A DNA stretch of 64,000 nucleotides from Octopus sinensis (taxonomy: Eukaryota), in the NCBI RefSeq assembly GCF_006345805.1, contig NC_043015.1, positions 41,850,001 through 41,914,000 on the forward strand. Direction: 5' to 3'. Under the pieces are notes generated by a model that was not told the DNA's origin, searched no databases, and saw nothing but the letters and a program-made list of their open reading frames with translations. Numbering within the stretch: position 1 is the first letter of the stretch; each line of letters opens with the position of its first letter. The position numbers were made by a program, and so were the translations under genes. Below, one piece after another: positions 13,260 through 27,509 of this stretch.

Positions 13260-13479
13260 GTGAGAGGGGAAGAGAGAGAGCGGGAGGGAGAAAGAAAGCA
13301 AGAGAGTGTGTGTGTTTGTGAGAGAGAGAGAAAGACAAATGGTCAGACTAACAGATGTTGCACAGGTATCTGTTGGTCCATGTTGTTTGAAACCTAGAAA
13401 GAGATATAAGTATACACTACATGCATGCATACATGCACATGCACACATATACATACGCATGTATATACCTGTATATATA

Positions 13480-13785
13480 TTCCGAAAGGATGAAAGGCAA
13501 AGACGACCTCGGCGGAATTTGAACCCAGAACCTGAAGATGGACGAAATACCTATTTCTTTACTACCCACAAGGGGCTAAACAGAGAGAGGGCAAACAAGG
13601 ACAGACAAACGGATTGAGTCGATTACATCGACCCCAGTGCGTAACTGGTACTTAATTTATCGACCCCGAAAGGATGAAAGGCAAAGTCGACCTCGGCGGA
13701 ATTTGAACTCAGAACGTAGCGGCAGACGAAATACTGCTAAGCATTTCACTCGACGTGCTAACAATTCTACAGACTTACCGCCTTA
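13480..13785 (-). mobile_element. SINE family B, partly dimeric
   Basis: Two successive cores on the minus strand. Confidence 0.8.
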
Positions 13786-16584
13786 GTTTTAACCAAATAA
13801 TGCGAATCAGTTTGTTAGAAGCCTTATAGTTTGCCGTACTTTGCCCAAAACATTTGAATTTGAATAGTGAACTTTGGAAATGAAATGAAATTATTTGCCT
13901 CTTCGAATAAACATATTGAAGGCGATGCCCCAGCATGGCCATAGTCTAATGACAGAAACAAATAAAAGATAAAATACATATTGCACTAGAATTTCTGTAC
14001 TGAATGACGTCTATTGCGGTAATTGGCCTGTACTGAAGAGATTTATATACTAAAACACTTAAGACGTCACCTGATATCACGAAATAAGGAAACGATATTA
14101 AGTAAAGACTAGAGAAAAGCATATGTCCCGAAGCTCATCACTCAGACAGATTAACAGCTGAAATATTTTCAATTTCGTTGTAAATTCGCTATATCTATAG
14201 GAAGACCATCTTTTACTGTGCAACAAATTTAATCAATATTCTGTGTAAACTATATTTTCAGAGATAGGTGACGGACTTGGATTTTTAAAAAAATGAGAAA
14301 TATCAATGACGAAAAATGCATTTTCATGCTGTATAGATATCGATCATTCAAGTGTTCGATATTAATGAGTGTTCGCATTTTGATACATTCTCATGGAATG
14401 CTAAAAGTACTTTCTACATCTTTTTACTTACATTAAGGAAAATTAAACAAGGACAAATCGGGGGCAGTGATTCTAAGCATATTCATTTTAGAAATAGCAG
14501 CAAAAGCTTCCTTAATCCAATATTTTATCATCTTAATGAAATCTTGACACATTGAGTAAAATTCTTCTATGTCCGAAAATCTCAAATTGGACGCTCATAA
14601 TTTGAATACATTAGCGTATATGAATACATTCAGATAAAGTATGGCCAGAACCAAGCCACTATCCCTCGCTATCAATAATGGATGCTTTATGCTCACATAA
14701 AAAATTGCTTTTAATTCGACTCGAAAGTTCTATATTTTAAAGGAGTGTGGAAGAGGAAAATTAGTTGAAAATACGTTTGTCAAGAGCCCTTCATAACGTA
14801 TATGTAGTCAAATGCATTTACCGAAGTATTAAAAACGGGTTGTAGAATCAATTCCGTACATTTTATTTATTCGTGGATAGGACGATGCAGAATATATAGG
14901 AAGAGAATATATTTTAAAAAAACAATAAGCGAAGGAACCATTTTTAAAAATTCATCATTAGAATTATTGCAGTTCAACTAAGAATTCAGCAAGGTGTACA
15001 CCACCATACAAAATAATGTATTGGTGTAATAAAGATTGAAAGTAATTCGTTATTATTTCATTATTTTTTTTCTGATGCTTTAAGAATTATGGAAATGAAA
15101 ATATCGATGTATTAATGGTTTGGACTCTTAAAGCATACTTATCAGATCTCGAATGTATAGTCTGCTACATAAGCAAAGAAACAATAGAATCGACTGATAT
15201 TCCCAAGATAAAAACTGAAAGTAAGATAATTGACATTACTAGTGGACCATTCAAATATAGTTATATACGTCAAACAGATATATACGCACATACACATTAA
15301 AATGTATGCGAAAGACGCTCAAAATCATTGCCGACCCACAACTGGGTGTTAAAAGATAACCACGTGATTATAATATAAATTGGGAAATTATAGACTGTGC
15401 ACTATTATGCATAAATTCTTCTAAAATCTGTACTCTCTGCACTGCAGGTAAAGCCCACATAATCACGCAAAACACTTCTGCACGGATCAAGTAAAATCTT
15501 TCACGCCACACACAACTTCATTAAAAAATCCCAAGGTCAAATGAAAGAAGAAGCTTCACGTTCACGTGACCCACGAAGACACATACGGGATAAATGCGAA
15601 AGAATTATTGCACCTATACGCATCAAACTACGACAAGCTACTCAAATTAAACCCATATGTATGACGTTTATGTATATTCAAACAACAAAGAAGGTTTTGC
15701 CAATATATATACCCCACATGTACCTAAGCAAAAACAGTGAACAACAAACACACGGTAAACAATGAAGCTCTGGCCAAAATATCTCTCATATAGAGTCACG
15801 CATGCGTATAATATACACCGGGAGTCCTATAATTTATAACAAAGCATGCATGCTCTTCAGTGAATTAATCAAACAAAAAATATTTAATTAATATAAAAAA
15901 CATCAATAATTTATACAAACTCAAACCAATCTCATTACGGATTTCTCAATACTCACTGAAACAAAATTCCAAGCAATTTAGGAAAAATTATTTAATTAGG
16001 CCATTCACACGATTGAAGAAATATATGAACGCAGATGTTCAACACGCAAAATATAACTAAAAAACAATGGAAGCAAATCTTGACCACAACATAATGATCC
16101 GCGTGCACGAACACAGAGAGAGAGAGAGGAAAGGACGTTCGATAAACGATTATTCATTAAAATATGCGTCAAACGAAATAAACAAAGCTAAACTCTTTAA
16201 TTAGTGTAATAGGCACATTCTACAAGCTAAACCAAAGTCGCCCATGAGATTTACTTAAACGTTTTGTACGATGAGATGGAAACGATAGCAACCAAGTTGC
16301 GTAGTTAACTCTTTGACAACACAAACATTCATGTGGACATTTTTTTTATCATTTTCGTTTTCTGTTTCATTCGACTGTTGCCATGCAATGATGGGACACC
16401 ACCTTTAAGAATTTTGGTCGAACCAATCAACACCAGTACTAGTTTTTTTTTTTGTCTTTTTCGGTCGGGTACATATTCTATGGGTCTCTTTTGCCCAACT
16501 GCAGGGTTACGGGGACGTAAACACCCAGACAAATACATACATATATGTGTGTGTGTGTGTGAGTACGTGTATATATATACAGAT

Positions 16585-16651
<67 letters not shown>

Positions 16652-16652
<1 letters not shown>

Positions 16653-16828
16653 AGAGAATGATGGAAAGATGGCGGATAGAATATTTGAAGGTGAAACAGT
16701 TACAGAAAATCATGAAGCAATGCTTTCTTCTTCCCCTATTCGTACAACACTTATACACACTTATATACACACCCTAAGAAAGACACGAACACAGCCTTCT
16801 TTACAATAAACGCGTACATGAACTGATA
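16652..16828. repeat. 177-bp direct repeat, copy 1 (copy 2 at 18024-18200)
   Basis: AAGAGAATGATGGAAAGATGGCGG...GTACATGAACTGATA occurs twice with about 3 mismatches. Confidence 0.9.
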
Positions 16829-17561
16829 TATATATATAACTTAAGACTGTCAGGGATTGATGATGATGATGAGCAGAAAAAGAAAAAGATGAAAAAAAAC
16901 ACGACAACGTCGATGTAGTTGATGTTACTGCTTAACTCCACTTCAGTATCCACTATTAGTTGTATAATCATAATGCATGTCAGTGTTTGAACATCTCATA
17001 CTTGCCTTTCCTTTTTCTTTTCAGCGGGTAACTTCTGTCTAAACACTGCATTCTCTTATCTATTTCATGAAGATAACACTTTCAAGAGCCTAGTATATTA
17101 TTTCGGTATCATTCGGTTGAAACACGACGTAGAAACACTTTCGTTTGTTTCATAAATTAGCATTTGTTTGTTTTGATGAGATACCGAATTAACGCACCTG
17201 AAGGTGTTACCTGGTTTTGCTAGGTTATTATTAGTTTTGTGATTGAAATATCTTTTGAAGATTCTCATGTTCGTGTTTACACTTCGACAGAAGTTATCGT
17301 CTCTTGTTTAGCATCTCTACAAGTGGCGTGAATTGTTAAGGCTACATGTGAACACCTAGAAAGATCTGACGAGGCAAACGCATAAATATTCTAAGCGTTA
17401 CTCATCGTTAAACATAAAATCATCACTCTTGCACGCCAGATATGTGTGTATATATATACACACACACACACATATATATACATATATATATACACACACA
17501 TATATATATACATATATATACACACATAATATATACATACATATATGTGTGTGGGTGTATA

Positions 17562-17595
<34 letters not shown>

Positions 17596-18856
17596 CTATG
17601 TATGTGTGTGTATGTGTGTGTATGTTTGTGTATGTGTGTGCATGTGTGCGTGTTTGTGTATGCGTGTATGTGCGTGTGTGGCTATGATGTATATGTAAAT
17701 ATATATATATATATATATATAAATAGATGGATAGATGTATAAATAGATGGAGAAGGAGATAGATAGATAGATAGGTAGGTAGATAGATAGATAGGTTGCT
17801 AGGTAACTAGGTAGGTAGGTAGGTAGTTAGGTAGATAGGTAGACAGATGCACATACAAATTGTTATAAATTGCATATTTTGTGGTCATGCGTATATAATA
17901 TATATATATATATGAATATGTATTCATATATATGTGTACGTATATATATATATATATATATATATCTATATATATATATATATTATATATATATATATAT
18001 ATATATCCACACACAGATTGGGAAAGAGAATGATGGAAAGATGGCGGATAGAATATTTGAAGGTGAAACAGTTACAGAAAATCATGAAGCAATGCTTTCT
18101 TCTTCCCCTATTCGTACAACACTTATACGCACTTATATACACACCCTAAGAAAGACACGTACACGGCCTTCTTTACAATAAACGCGTACATGAACTGATA
18201 ATAACCAATAAACTTAATAGACACATATTTAATCCTACTGAGGGACTATATCGTTTTGGTGCTTCTTTTATTACTAAATCGCGTTCGCCATGTTTTCAGC
18301 ACGGAAATGATTTAAAACGAGTTATAATGTATTCACGTTAAGAATGAAATTATTTGTTATTTCTAATTTCGGAAGCTGAATGTTGACGTGATTGGGTCCG
18401 ATACAACATAAGAACGTAACATAAGAGTCGGTCTGTCCTTCAGCTCTAACTAGCGAAGGTTTTTTGACTATGGTCATATATTCAGAATAAAATTGCGATC
18501 AAATTTAGTCGTTCATTTTATGAGCGACGAACTACGAATGTAGTGCTTTGAACGGAAGATGAAAATGAGATAGCAAGGCAAAAGGGGGACATATTTCTTG
18601 TTTCAAATATGAATGGAGTGCCAGAACATATGCGAACGAAAAAATATGAGTATTTTGCTCGGCGTGCACACGGCTCGAAAATTTGAGGGAGGGGCCAATT
18701 GATTAGATTGACCCCAGTACGCAACTGGTACTTAATTGACGCTGAAAGAATGAAAGGCAAAGTCAACCTCGGCCGAACCGCTAAGTTACGGGTAGGTAAA
18801 CACATCAACACCGATTGTCAAGCGTTGGTGGGGTAAACACAGACACACAAATACAC

Positions 18857-18890
<34 letters not shown>

Positions 18891-18894
18891 CGCC

Positions 18895-19005
18895 ATGATA
18901 GATCGTTAGCCACAACGCACATTTTTATCTCTCCTTGTTTTTCTGTGTCCCTTTCTGTAGAAGAGCGTAGGCTCGAAACGTAAAAGACTTTTTCAATTCC
19001 CGAGC
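18895..19005 (+). mobile_element. Short TA-embedded element with an HHR-like motif (CUGUAGA core)
   Basis: CTTT CTGTAGA A GAGC GTAG GCTC GAAA CG TA AAAG at 18951-18986; same family as 50338-50790 and 57740-57900. Confidence 0.6.
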
Positions 19006-19045
19006 AATATGTATATATATATATATATATATAATATATATATAT

Positions 19046-19190
19046 ACGATGAGGCTTCTTTCCGTTTCCGTCTACCAAATCCACTCACAAGGCTCTGGTT
19101 TTCCCAAGGCTATAGCAGAAGGCACATGCCCAAGGTGCCAAGCAGTGGGACTGAAGCCGGAACCATGTTGATAAGGAAGCTTCTAATCAC
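19046..19190 (-). mobile_element. SINE family A 5' half
   Basis: Reverse complement of the family A head and body. Confidence 0.75.
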
Positions 19191-19619
19191 ACACACACAA
19201 TCACACACACGCACATAAACACGCATATATATGTATATATAGATTATATTCAAATACGTAGTGATAGAAAGTAAAGTGTCAAACATAGCACGACTTAGTT
19301 TTCCCTTTGTTGCTGTATATATATATTATGCAAGTCAACAGATATCTGGAAGTGATATCTATCGCTCTAATGCGATTCCCAAATGTATTAATGGAAACTA
19401 CGTAATCGAAAGTCTATTCCGTTCTTTTATAACTTCTGCTCATATATTTTATTACAGAGGATGTCAACGCTAATGTTTCTTATACGATGCTTTGGGAGAT
19501 ATGTATCTGCGTACGTGTCTCATTAGCCACGCGAGTATACATATCAACATTTATATTTACATACGGACACACATACGCACATATGTACACGAGCATACAT
19601 TATGCACATATACGTATTT

Positions 19620-19965
19620 ATGCTGAGAGCCCCTTCGGTGATGACTGACCGTGGGATTGCACCTAGAAAGTTACCCTCCCAGGCGCAAGTCCGCGCAAGG
19701 TTGTTTTATGGAAGACCAACAGTCGCCCATGCATACTGGCCTCCCATCTCCAGGCTACTTGTGTTATCCAAGGGAAAAGCAAAGGGGCCGATACAGCTTG
19801 GCACTAGTGACGTCACAACTCATTTCTACAGCTGAGTGAACTCGAGTAACGTGAAATAAAGTGTCTTGCTCAAGAACACAACATGCAGCCCGGTCCGGGT
19901 TTCGAACTCACAAACCTCACGACCGTAAGCTCGACGCTCTAGCCACTGAGCCATGCGCCTTCACC
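19620..19965 (-). mobile_element. CORE-type tRNA SINE
   Basis: tRNA-like head followed by TTGAGCAAGACACTTTATTTCACGTTACTCGAGTTCACTCAGCTGTAGAAATGAG (CORE-like); related diverged copy at about 52290-52440. Confidence 0.7.
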
Positions 19966-20314
19966 TACTTATATATATAGGTGTCACACAGTGGTATTGA
20001 ACCTGGAACCATGTAGTTTGGAAACAAACTTCTTACTATATATGCCTGTGCCTCGCCTATTTAGTTTGTTATTTTATTAGGTTTCAACAGATTAGACCCA
20101 TTTGTTTCTCCTTTCTAATATATTTGGTTGGGGTTTTTTTTTTCAGAGTGTTTCTGGGGGATCAGAAATTCGTTCAATTGCTCGAGTCATCGAGACTCTG
20201 GAAATTGTATCACCTAACTGTCCGGATGTTTTGCGTTCTTGTCCCATTTATCTATTTATGCGGTGCCCCAGCATGGCCACAGCTCATTAGCTGAAACTGG
20301 AAAAATCAAAAAAT

Positions 20315-20365
<51 letters not shown>

Positions 20366-20584
20366 AAATTAAAAAAGGATTATACGCACACTTTCATGGT
20401 TTTGATATAATTTTTAATATATCGACCAGTTTCGCTATCGCTATTCATGATATAATGTTTAATTTATATGAATATATATTTTTCTTAAGAAGAAATTTGG
20501 TCCATGTTCTGTGTAATGAAATTCACGAGTGAATGACATCACAAGTAGACAAATAAAGGGAGGTAATTGTGTTACTACTACTAC

Positions 20585-20633
<49 letters not shown>

Positions 20634-20639
20634 ATATAG

Positions 20640-20912
20640 TATAATTAGTGAATGGAAGAAATGGAGTTGAACGAAGATTGTACAGAATTCCTTTTATTAC
20701 ATTCTACATATGTTTCAAAGGCCACAATTTTCCAAATTCTGATTAAATAAGGATACCATATTGCAGCTTTCTCTTCAGGAAAAAGCAGGAATTATGTTGA
20801 CAGAACAAAACAAAACAGAGGCGCAGCAAAGCAATTCGAACGAGGACGCTCCAGGTATCGGTTAAACTTTTGAATAATCTGTAACAAGAAAATTCATCTT
20901 TCCATTTCAACA

Positions 20913-20915
<3 letters not shown>
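20640..20915 (-). mobile_element. TA-embedded PLE-type mini-element with a canonical-core minimal hammerhead
   Basis: Minus strand 20781-20702: TTC CTGAAGA G AAAGCTGCAA..loop..TTGTGGCCTTT GAAA CATATG TA GAA; bounded by (TA)n on both sides. Confidence 0.6.
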
Positions 20916-20983
<68 letters not shown>

Positions 20984-20989
20984 TATATA

Positions 20990-21210
20990 TATCTGCGTGT
21001 GTCTGTGTTTGTGCCCCCACCATCACTTGACAGCCGATGTTGGTTTGTTTATGTCTCCGCCAATTAGCAGTTCCTCAAAAGACACCGATAGAATAATTAC
21101 TAGGCTTACAAAGAATAAGCCCCGGTGTCGTTTTCTTCCACTAAACCCCCGTCATGCGGTGCTCCAGCATGGGCACACTTAAATGATTGAAACAAGTAAA
21201 AGAATAAAAG
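20990..21210 (+). mobile_element. SINE family A 3' half
   Basis: Body and tail similarity. Confidence 0.75.
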
Positions 21211-21520
21211 AATAAACCGTTTTTTAAAAGGAAAACCTGTCCTCTTTTACCAGTGAAGATCAGAAACGAGCAACTCTGGAAATTTTAAATCATAACCTTC
21301 CTATTATCATTATTACGCACTAAATAATATTCTAAATTGGTCTGTCCTGTAATTTATTGCTTCTGGTGAATTTCCAGAGTTGTAGGAATGATGGGAATGG
21401 TGTATTGTTACGCTAGGGGACTATTTCGAAGGACATGATGATAAGACTTAGGTAAATACATTATTTTTTATTAAACATAAGTAGCCCGGAAACAATTTTA
21501 TGCCCCACCCCGTATATATA

Positions 21521-21590
<70 letters not shown>

Positions 21591-21711
21591 TGTGTGTATG
21601 TATGTATGTATGTATGTATGTATGTATGTGTTTTTGTTTGTTTGTGTGTATGTATACATATGTATATACATATATCTATATATATACATATATATAAATA
21701 TATATATATAA

Positions 21712-21750
<39 letters not shown>

Positions 21751-22086
21751 AATATATATATACATATATATATATATTATATATATACACACACACACAC
21801 ATATATATATTAACAGATATATATATATATATAAATAGATATATATATATATACCTATATATATATGTATATACATATCTATCTATCTATATATATACAT
21901 ATATATAAATATATATATTATTTATATATATACACACATATATATACACATATACATATATATATGTGTATACATATACATATATATATACACACACACC
22001 ATATATATATACGTACATATATATATATATATAAACACACACATATATATATATTAACATATATATATATATATTATATATATATA

Positions 22087-22119
<33 letters not shown>

Positions 22120-22879
22120 CAGACGTACAGAGACATACAAACAGATGTATGAAATATAAAAAAAACAACCATACACGGACACGGACACACACGCGCGCGT
22201 GCACTTGCATGAGAATTGGCTTTGTTCTTATGTAATATTAGGGTGCGTAATCGTTTACATGAGCAGAAGTATGTTTCTAACTCTGGCCGCCATAAACGTA
22301 CGTAATGCTAATTGTACGTAATGCTAATCGAGTTCGTTATAGAAGTGAACTCAATAAATCCACGCCAGACCGATTCTGCTCTCCTAGACAGGCTTCGTCT
22401 GGTTCACTACTCAAAAATTAATTATGGTCTTGCTAGTAACCCAGCTGCATAACTATTTTGTTGTCAGGCGTCATATTCAATATTGTTTCAACAAAACCTA
22501 CACACACACACACGCATATATATGTATATACGAGCAGTATGTCATAAATACGTACATACAAACACACATACATACATGGATACATACATACATACATACA
22601 TACACATATATATGTATGTATATATGTATGTGTGTGTGTGTTTGTTGGCATTCGGCTGTCTTGTTGCATCGTAAATCGTAACTCAACAGAACATGTTGAA
22701 AAAATTGAATCTCTGGAAAGAAGGAGAAAAAAAATATCAACAACGTAGATTCAACGTACGTGTATTCGTAGATGAGCGTGCGTGTGTGTGTGTATACACA
22801 CATAGGGCCATACAAGACATATTTATAAGTACATATACACACAAATATATTATATATATATATAAAGTCTCACTTATAC

Positions 22880-22950
<71 letters not shown>

Positions 22951-23081
22951 TATATATAGAGAGAGAGGTGGATATATACAAATAATATGCAGTGTAACAT
23001 ACATGACGATTTACTACTAAAATTACATGTATATAAAACTTAAATAAATATATATACTTAGGTATAAATATATATATATAT

Positions 23082-23150
<69 letters not shown>

Positions 23151-24529
23151 ATATATATATATATATATATATGATACTTTATTTACATATTAAATTTAAA
23201 TCTGTGCAATACAAACAACAAACAATACAATCAACAAACAACAAACAAAAACTGCAACAGGACAGATTACACATATAACATGTCAAAAATTACAGCATTG
23301 TACTTGTTTTTGTCAAATGCTCAGTCGTCCAAATAACACAACTGTTTGTATATAACAATAGGATTTCTACATACACAACTTGCTCTGACACCTACTTCCT
23401 CACTTCACTCCTACCCACCTTCTCCCTTCCACCCTCTCGCATCATCGTCACCCCCTTGCTCGTTACCTCATCCCTACACGTTTCAACCCCATCATCCCTG
23501 TACATCGCATCACACACCCACCGTCTCCCTTAGACCCCACCCTTGCTTCCCCCACTCTCACCTCCTCCACACACCAACACCACCACACCACCATACTACA
23601 CACCACCACACCTCTCCGCACGTACTAGCACTGACCGCGTCGCAGCACCCACACCAGCGCACACAAAACACACACCTACACATGCACACATACATACGTC
23701 AATGTCACCAGCCACCTTCCGCATGAACATAAACTTTCTCACATACACGCACGCGCACCTTCGTTTTGGGATCGCTACTACTTATCTCTCTTTCTTCATA
23801 GCTCTCCTGTGTGATCTCTGTGTCTGGCATTCGCCATGACAGATCACTAGCCGCCACACCTTTCTATTTTATATGTATATGTACAGTTATTATACTATGA
23901 GCCTTCCATTGTAGCTTTCTCCCCGTAACTCGCAAAGTCTTTCGGGTTTGTTTGCAAAAATATTATTTATGCAGTATCTCGACAGTTTAAGTGTATAATA
24001 CCTAAATTTGACTGAAATTGATGCGTGAGAAGTTTGGCAAATCAGATTTGCAAGGAGCCATAAAAGCGTCGATTTGTGAGTTCGATTCTGGCTGTGGTTA
24101 TCTCATCACTTTTCAGTCATTTATTTATATTTTAAAATTGTCGCTTCAAGTCGGAGAATATCATTATGATGTATATTACATACAGTTATTATACTATGAG
24201 CCTTCCATAGTAGCTTTCTCTCCGCCACTTTCAAAGCGCTCCGGGTTTGTTTATAAAATACTATTTATGTAATGTATATATACTATATAGATAGATAGAT
24301 TGATAGATTGATAGATAGATACATAGATACACATGTATCTATACACAGTTAGATATGTTCTAAAATACACACGCACGCAGCGAGTGCTTCGATAAAATTT
24401 TTCCATGCACGTATTGTAATTTTGATATAGGTTTCCAAAGTTTCAATTAATTGTCTGCCACTCTTTCTCGATAAATGTGTTCATGATGTACCACATCTAT
24501 TTTTTCCTTAGTTTTATACATATATTCAT

Positions 24530-24680
24530 TTATACGACGGGCTTCTTTCTGTTTCCGTCCACCAAATCCACTCACAAGGCCCGTGAATATAGTAAAATAC
24601 ACTTGCCCAAGTTGCCACTCGGTGGGACTGAATCCGAAACCATGTGTTTGGGAAGCAGGCTTCAGGTTATACAACAACCA
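24530..24680 (-). mobile_element. SINE family A 5' half
   Basis: Reverse complement of head and body. Confidence 0.75.
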
Positions 24681-24869
24681 CTAATCTGAAAGAAAGTATC
24701 GTTTAATCATTGCCGCTCGTTTCTCCTAACCTTTTAAATAGTGTTTCTCAATACGAACGTCTTGAGCACATCGTTTCTCTCTATTTTCCTTTCATTTTTA
24801 TTTCATACGATCATGCATGATACCTAATTTCTGGCCAGGGATAAAACTAATTAAGATAGGATCTTGAAA

Positions 24870-25022
24870 AATAGGGTAGATTTGAACTAGTTGCTCTCCG
24901 TGTATCTGACCCCATTTCTCTGCAAATTCTAATGCACTTCTCAAAATAAGGGAGATTTGAACTAGTTGCTCTCCGTGTATCTGACCCCATTTTTCTACAA
25001 ATTCTAATGTACTTCTCAAAAT
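24870..25022. repeat. Two tandem copies of a ~75-bp unit
   Basis: AGATTTGAACTAGTTGCTCTCCGTGTATCTGACCCCATTT...TACTTCTCAAAAT occurs twice with few mismatches. Confidence 0.85.
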
Positions 25023-26347
25023 TTCACTTGCTCCCCCCATGGCCGTTGGTGAGCTGGACATCTATTTCTTTCTGTGCGTGGTTATATGTTTAAAATTTAA
25101 TTGAGGATGGCGGATATTTGCCATGATGTAATGTAAGGATGCGGCAATAAAATGTTCCTGAAACAGCTGTTCTGAACCATAAATACCGTTCGTGGTCTTC
25201 TTTGATATGTATGTGTGTGTGGTGTGTGTGTGTTGCGAGTGCGTGGGTGTGTGTGCTTATATATATATATGTGTGTATGCGTGAGTTTGTGTGTGAGTGT
25301 GTGTGAGCATTCGTATATCGACATATATGTATGTACATATGTATATCATTGTATACGTGTTTCCACCACCACCACCACCAACATCGTCATCGCCAGCACC
25401 ACCATCACCAACACCACCATCACTAACGCCACTATCTCCAGCTCCGTCGCCACCATTACTACCACTGCCAACACCTACACAGCCATCACTATTATACATG
25501 AATCCGGGCAGTAGTATTACATCTAATTACTTATTTGATCGAATACCTTTGAGATGCACGAGTGAAAGCAAGGAATGCCGGTGGGATTTAAAACTGGAGA
25601 GAGAGAGTAATTTGACGAAACGAAATGCATTGAAGCTTTTTGTTTATTGTGGAATTCTAATGAATGGAACTCTTGTAACCTTCAGGAATGCTTAACGTAT
25701 GGTAAATTGCTTATAAATACAATCTGGAAAGCCTAACGATCGGTAGAACGAAAGAAAAACATACTAACAAAAATGGTAAAACAAAGAAAAAACATACTAA
25801 CAAAAATGGTAAAACAAAGAAATAAATTTCTTAAGCAAATGAAGAATATAAAAATCACGAAAATACATGCCATGCAACAATGATACCAAGCGTCAGCAAG
25901 AAAACAAAAAAAATTTGAACAAAAAGTAATTTAAAATATTGAATTTTAAGCATAAATTACTTAAAAATAAAGCAAAAAAGATGCATAACATTATTATAAT
26001 CCAAACATAATGGGAATATGAAATTTTAGATTGTGAATTTTACTAATTTTCTATTCATTTTTTTCGACCGTTTAAACAATGTTATTAAGCGAACATTTTA
26101 ATCTGTAATATTTATTTATTTAATAAAAAGTTAATTGGTTTACACAGAGCAACAACAACAGCAACAACAACTAAGATATGAAAGCAAAGAACTTCTACAT
26201 TTGTTACATAGTATAAAAGTTCGAAACAGAATTTCTGATCGTAAAAGCACTTATTGTCTTTCTCCTCCTAATTCCCTGAGTTATATGCACCCGTGCTCTC
26301 TGACACCATTTTCCATGCTATCCGTTATTCTATCTATCCAACCATTC

Positions 26348-27000
<653 letters not shown>

Positions 27001-27509
27001 CTTCCTAGATCTTTGTCAACTCTTAAAACCATCGTTTTGGCTGTTTATCTTTATAGCACCAGCCTGTATATCTCTTAAGTTCCCCTCTCATTACTCCCAC
27101 TATATCATGGAGTATGTGTTTGCATGTGTGTGTGTGAGGGGTGCGTGTGTGCGTGTGCGCGTGTGTTTGCATTTGGGTGTGAGGTTCTCCCGCTTATTCT
27201 TGAACTTATTGTCCAGTATCAATGTGATGTTTAGCAACTAATCAATCATTGACTGTATATGTGGATGTATGTAATATGTATGTATTTATGCATGAATGTA
27301 TGTGAGTGTATGTGTGTGTGTGTGTGGTGTGTGTGTGTGTGTGCCCGAACACCTGTGTGTGCGTGTGTATGCTAGTTCATTTGTGTTTCTGTGTGTATGC
27401 GTGTGTGTTTGTATCTGCTTAACGCCTCATTGCCATCGTCCGTTCGTTTTGCCTCTGAGGAAATATAATGGATTAAACCGGAACATTCGGCACGGAACCG
27501 GCAGATTTT

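Noticed and set aside
14352-14420. DINECS motif suggesting a calcium-binding EGF exon
   Set aside because: The later cysteines are absent and there is no proper acceptor AG; probably chance.
15420-15620. Transcription-factor-like motifs (CCAAGGTCA, TCACGTGAC) in unique DNA
   Set aside because: Short motifs expected by chance in 64 kb; no supporting evidence.
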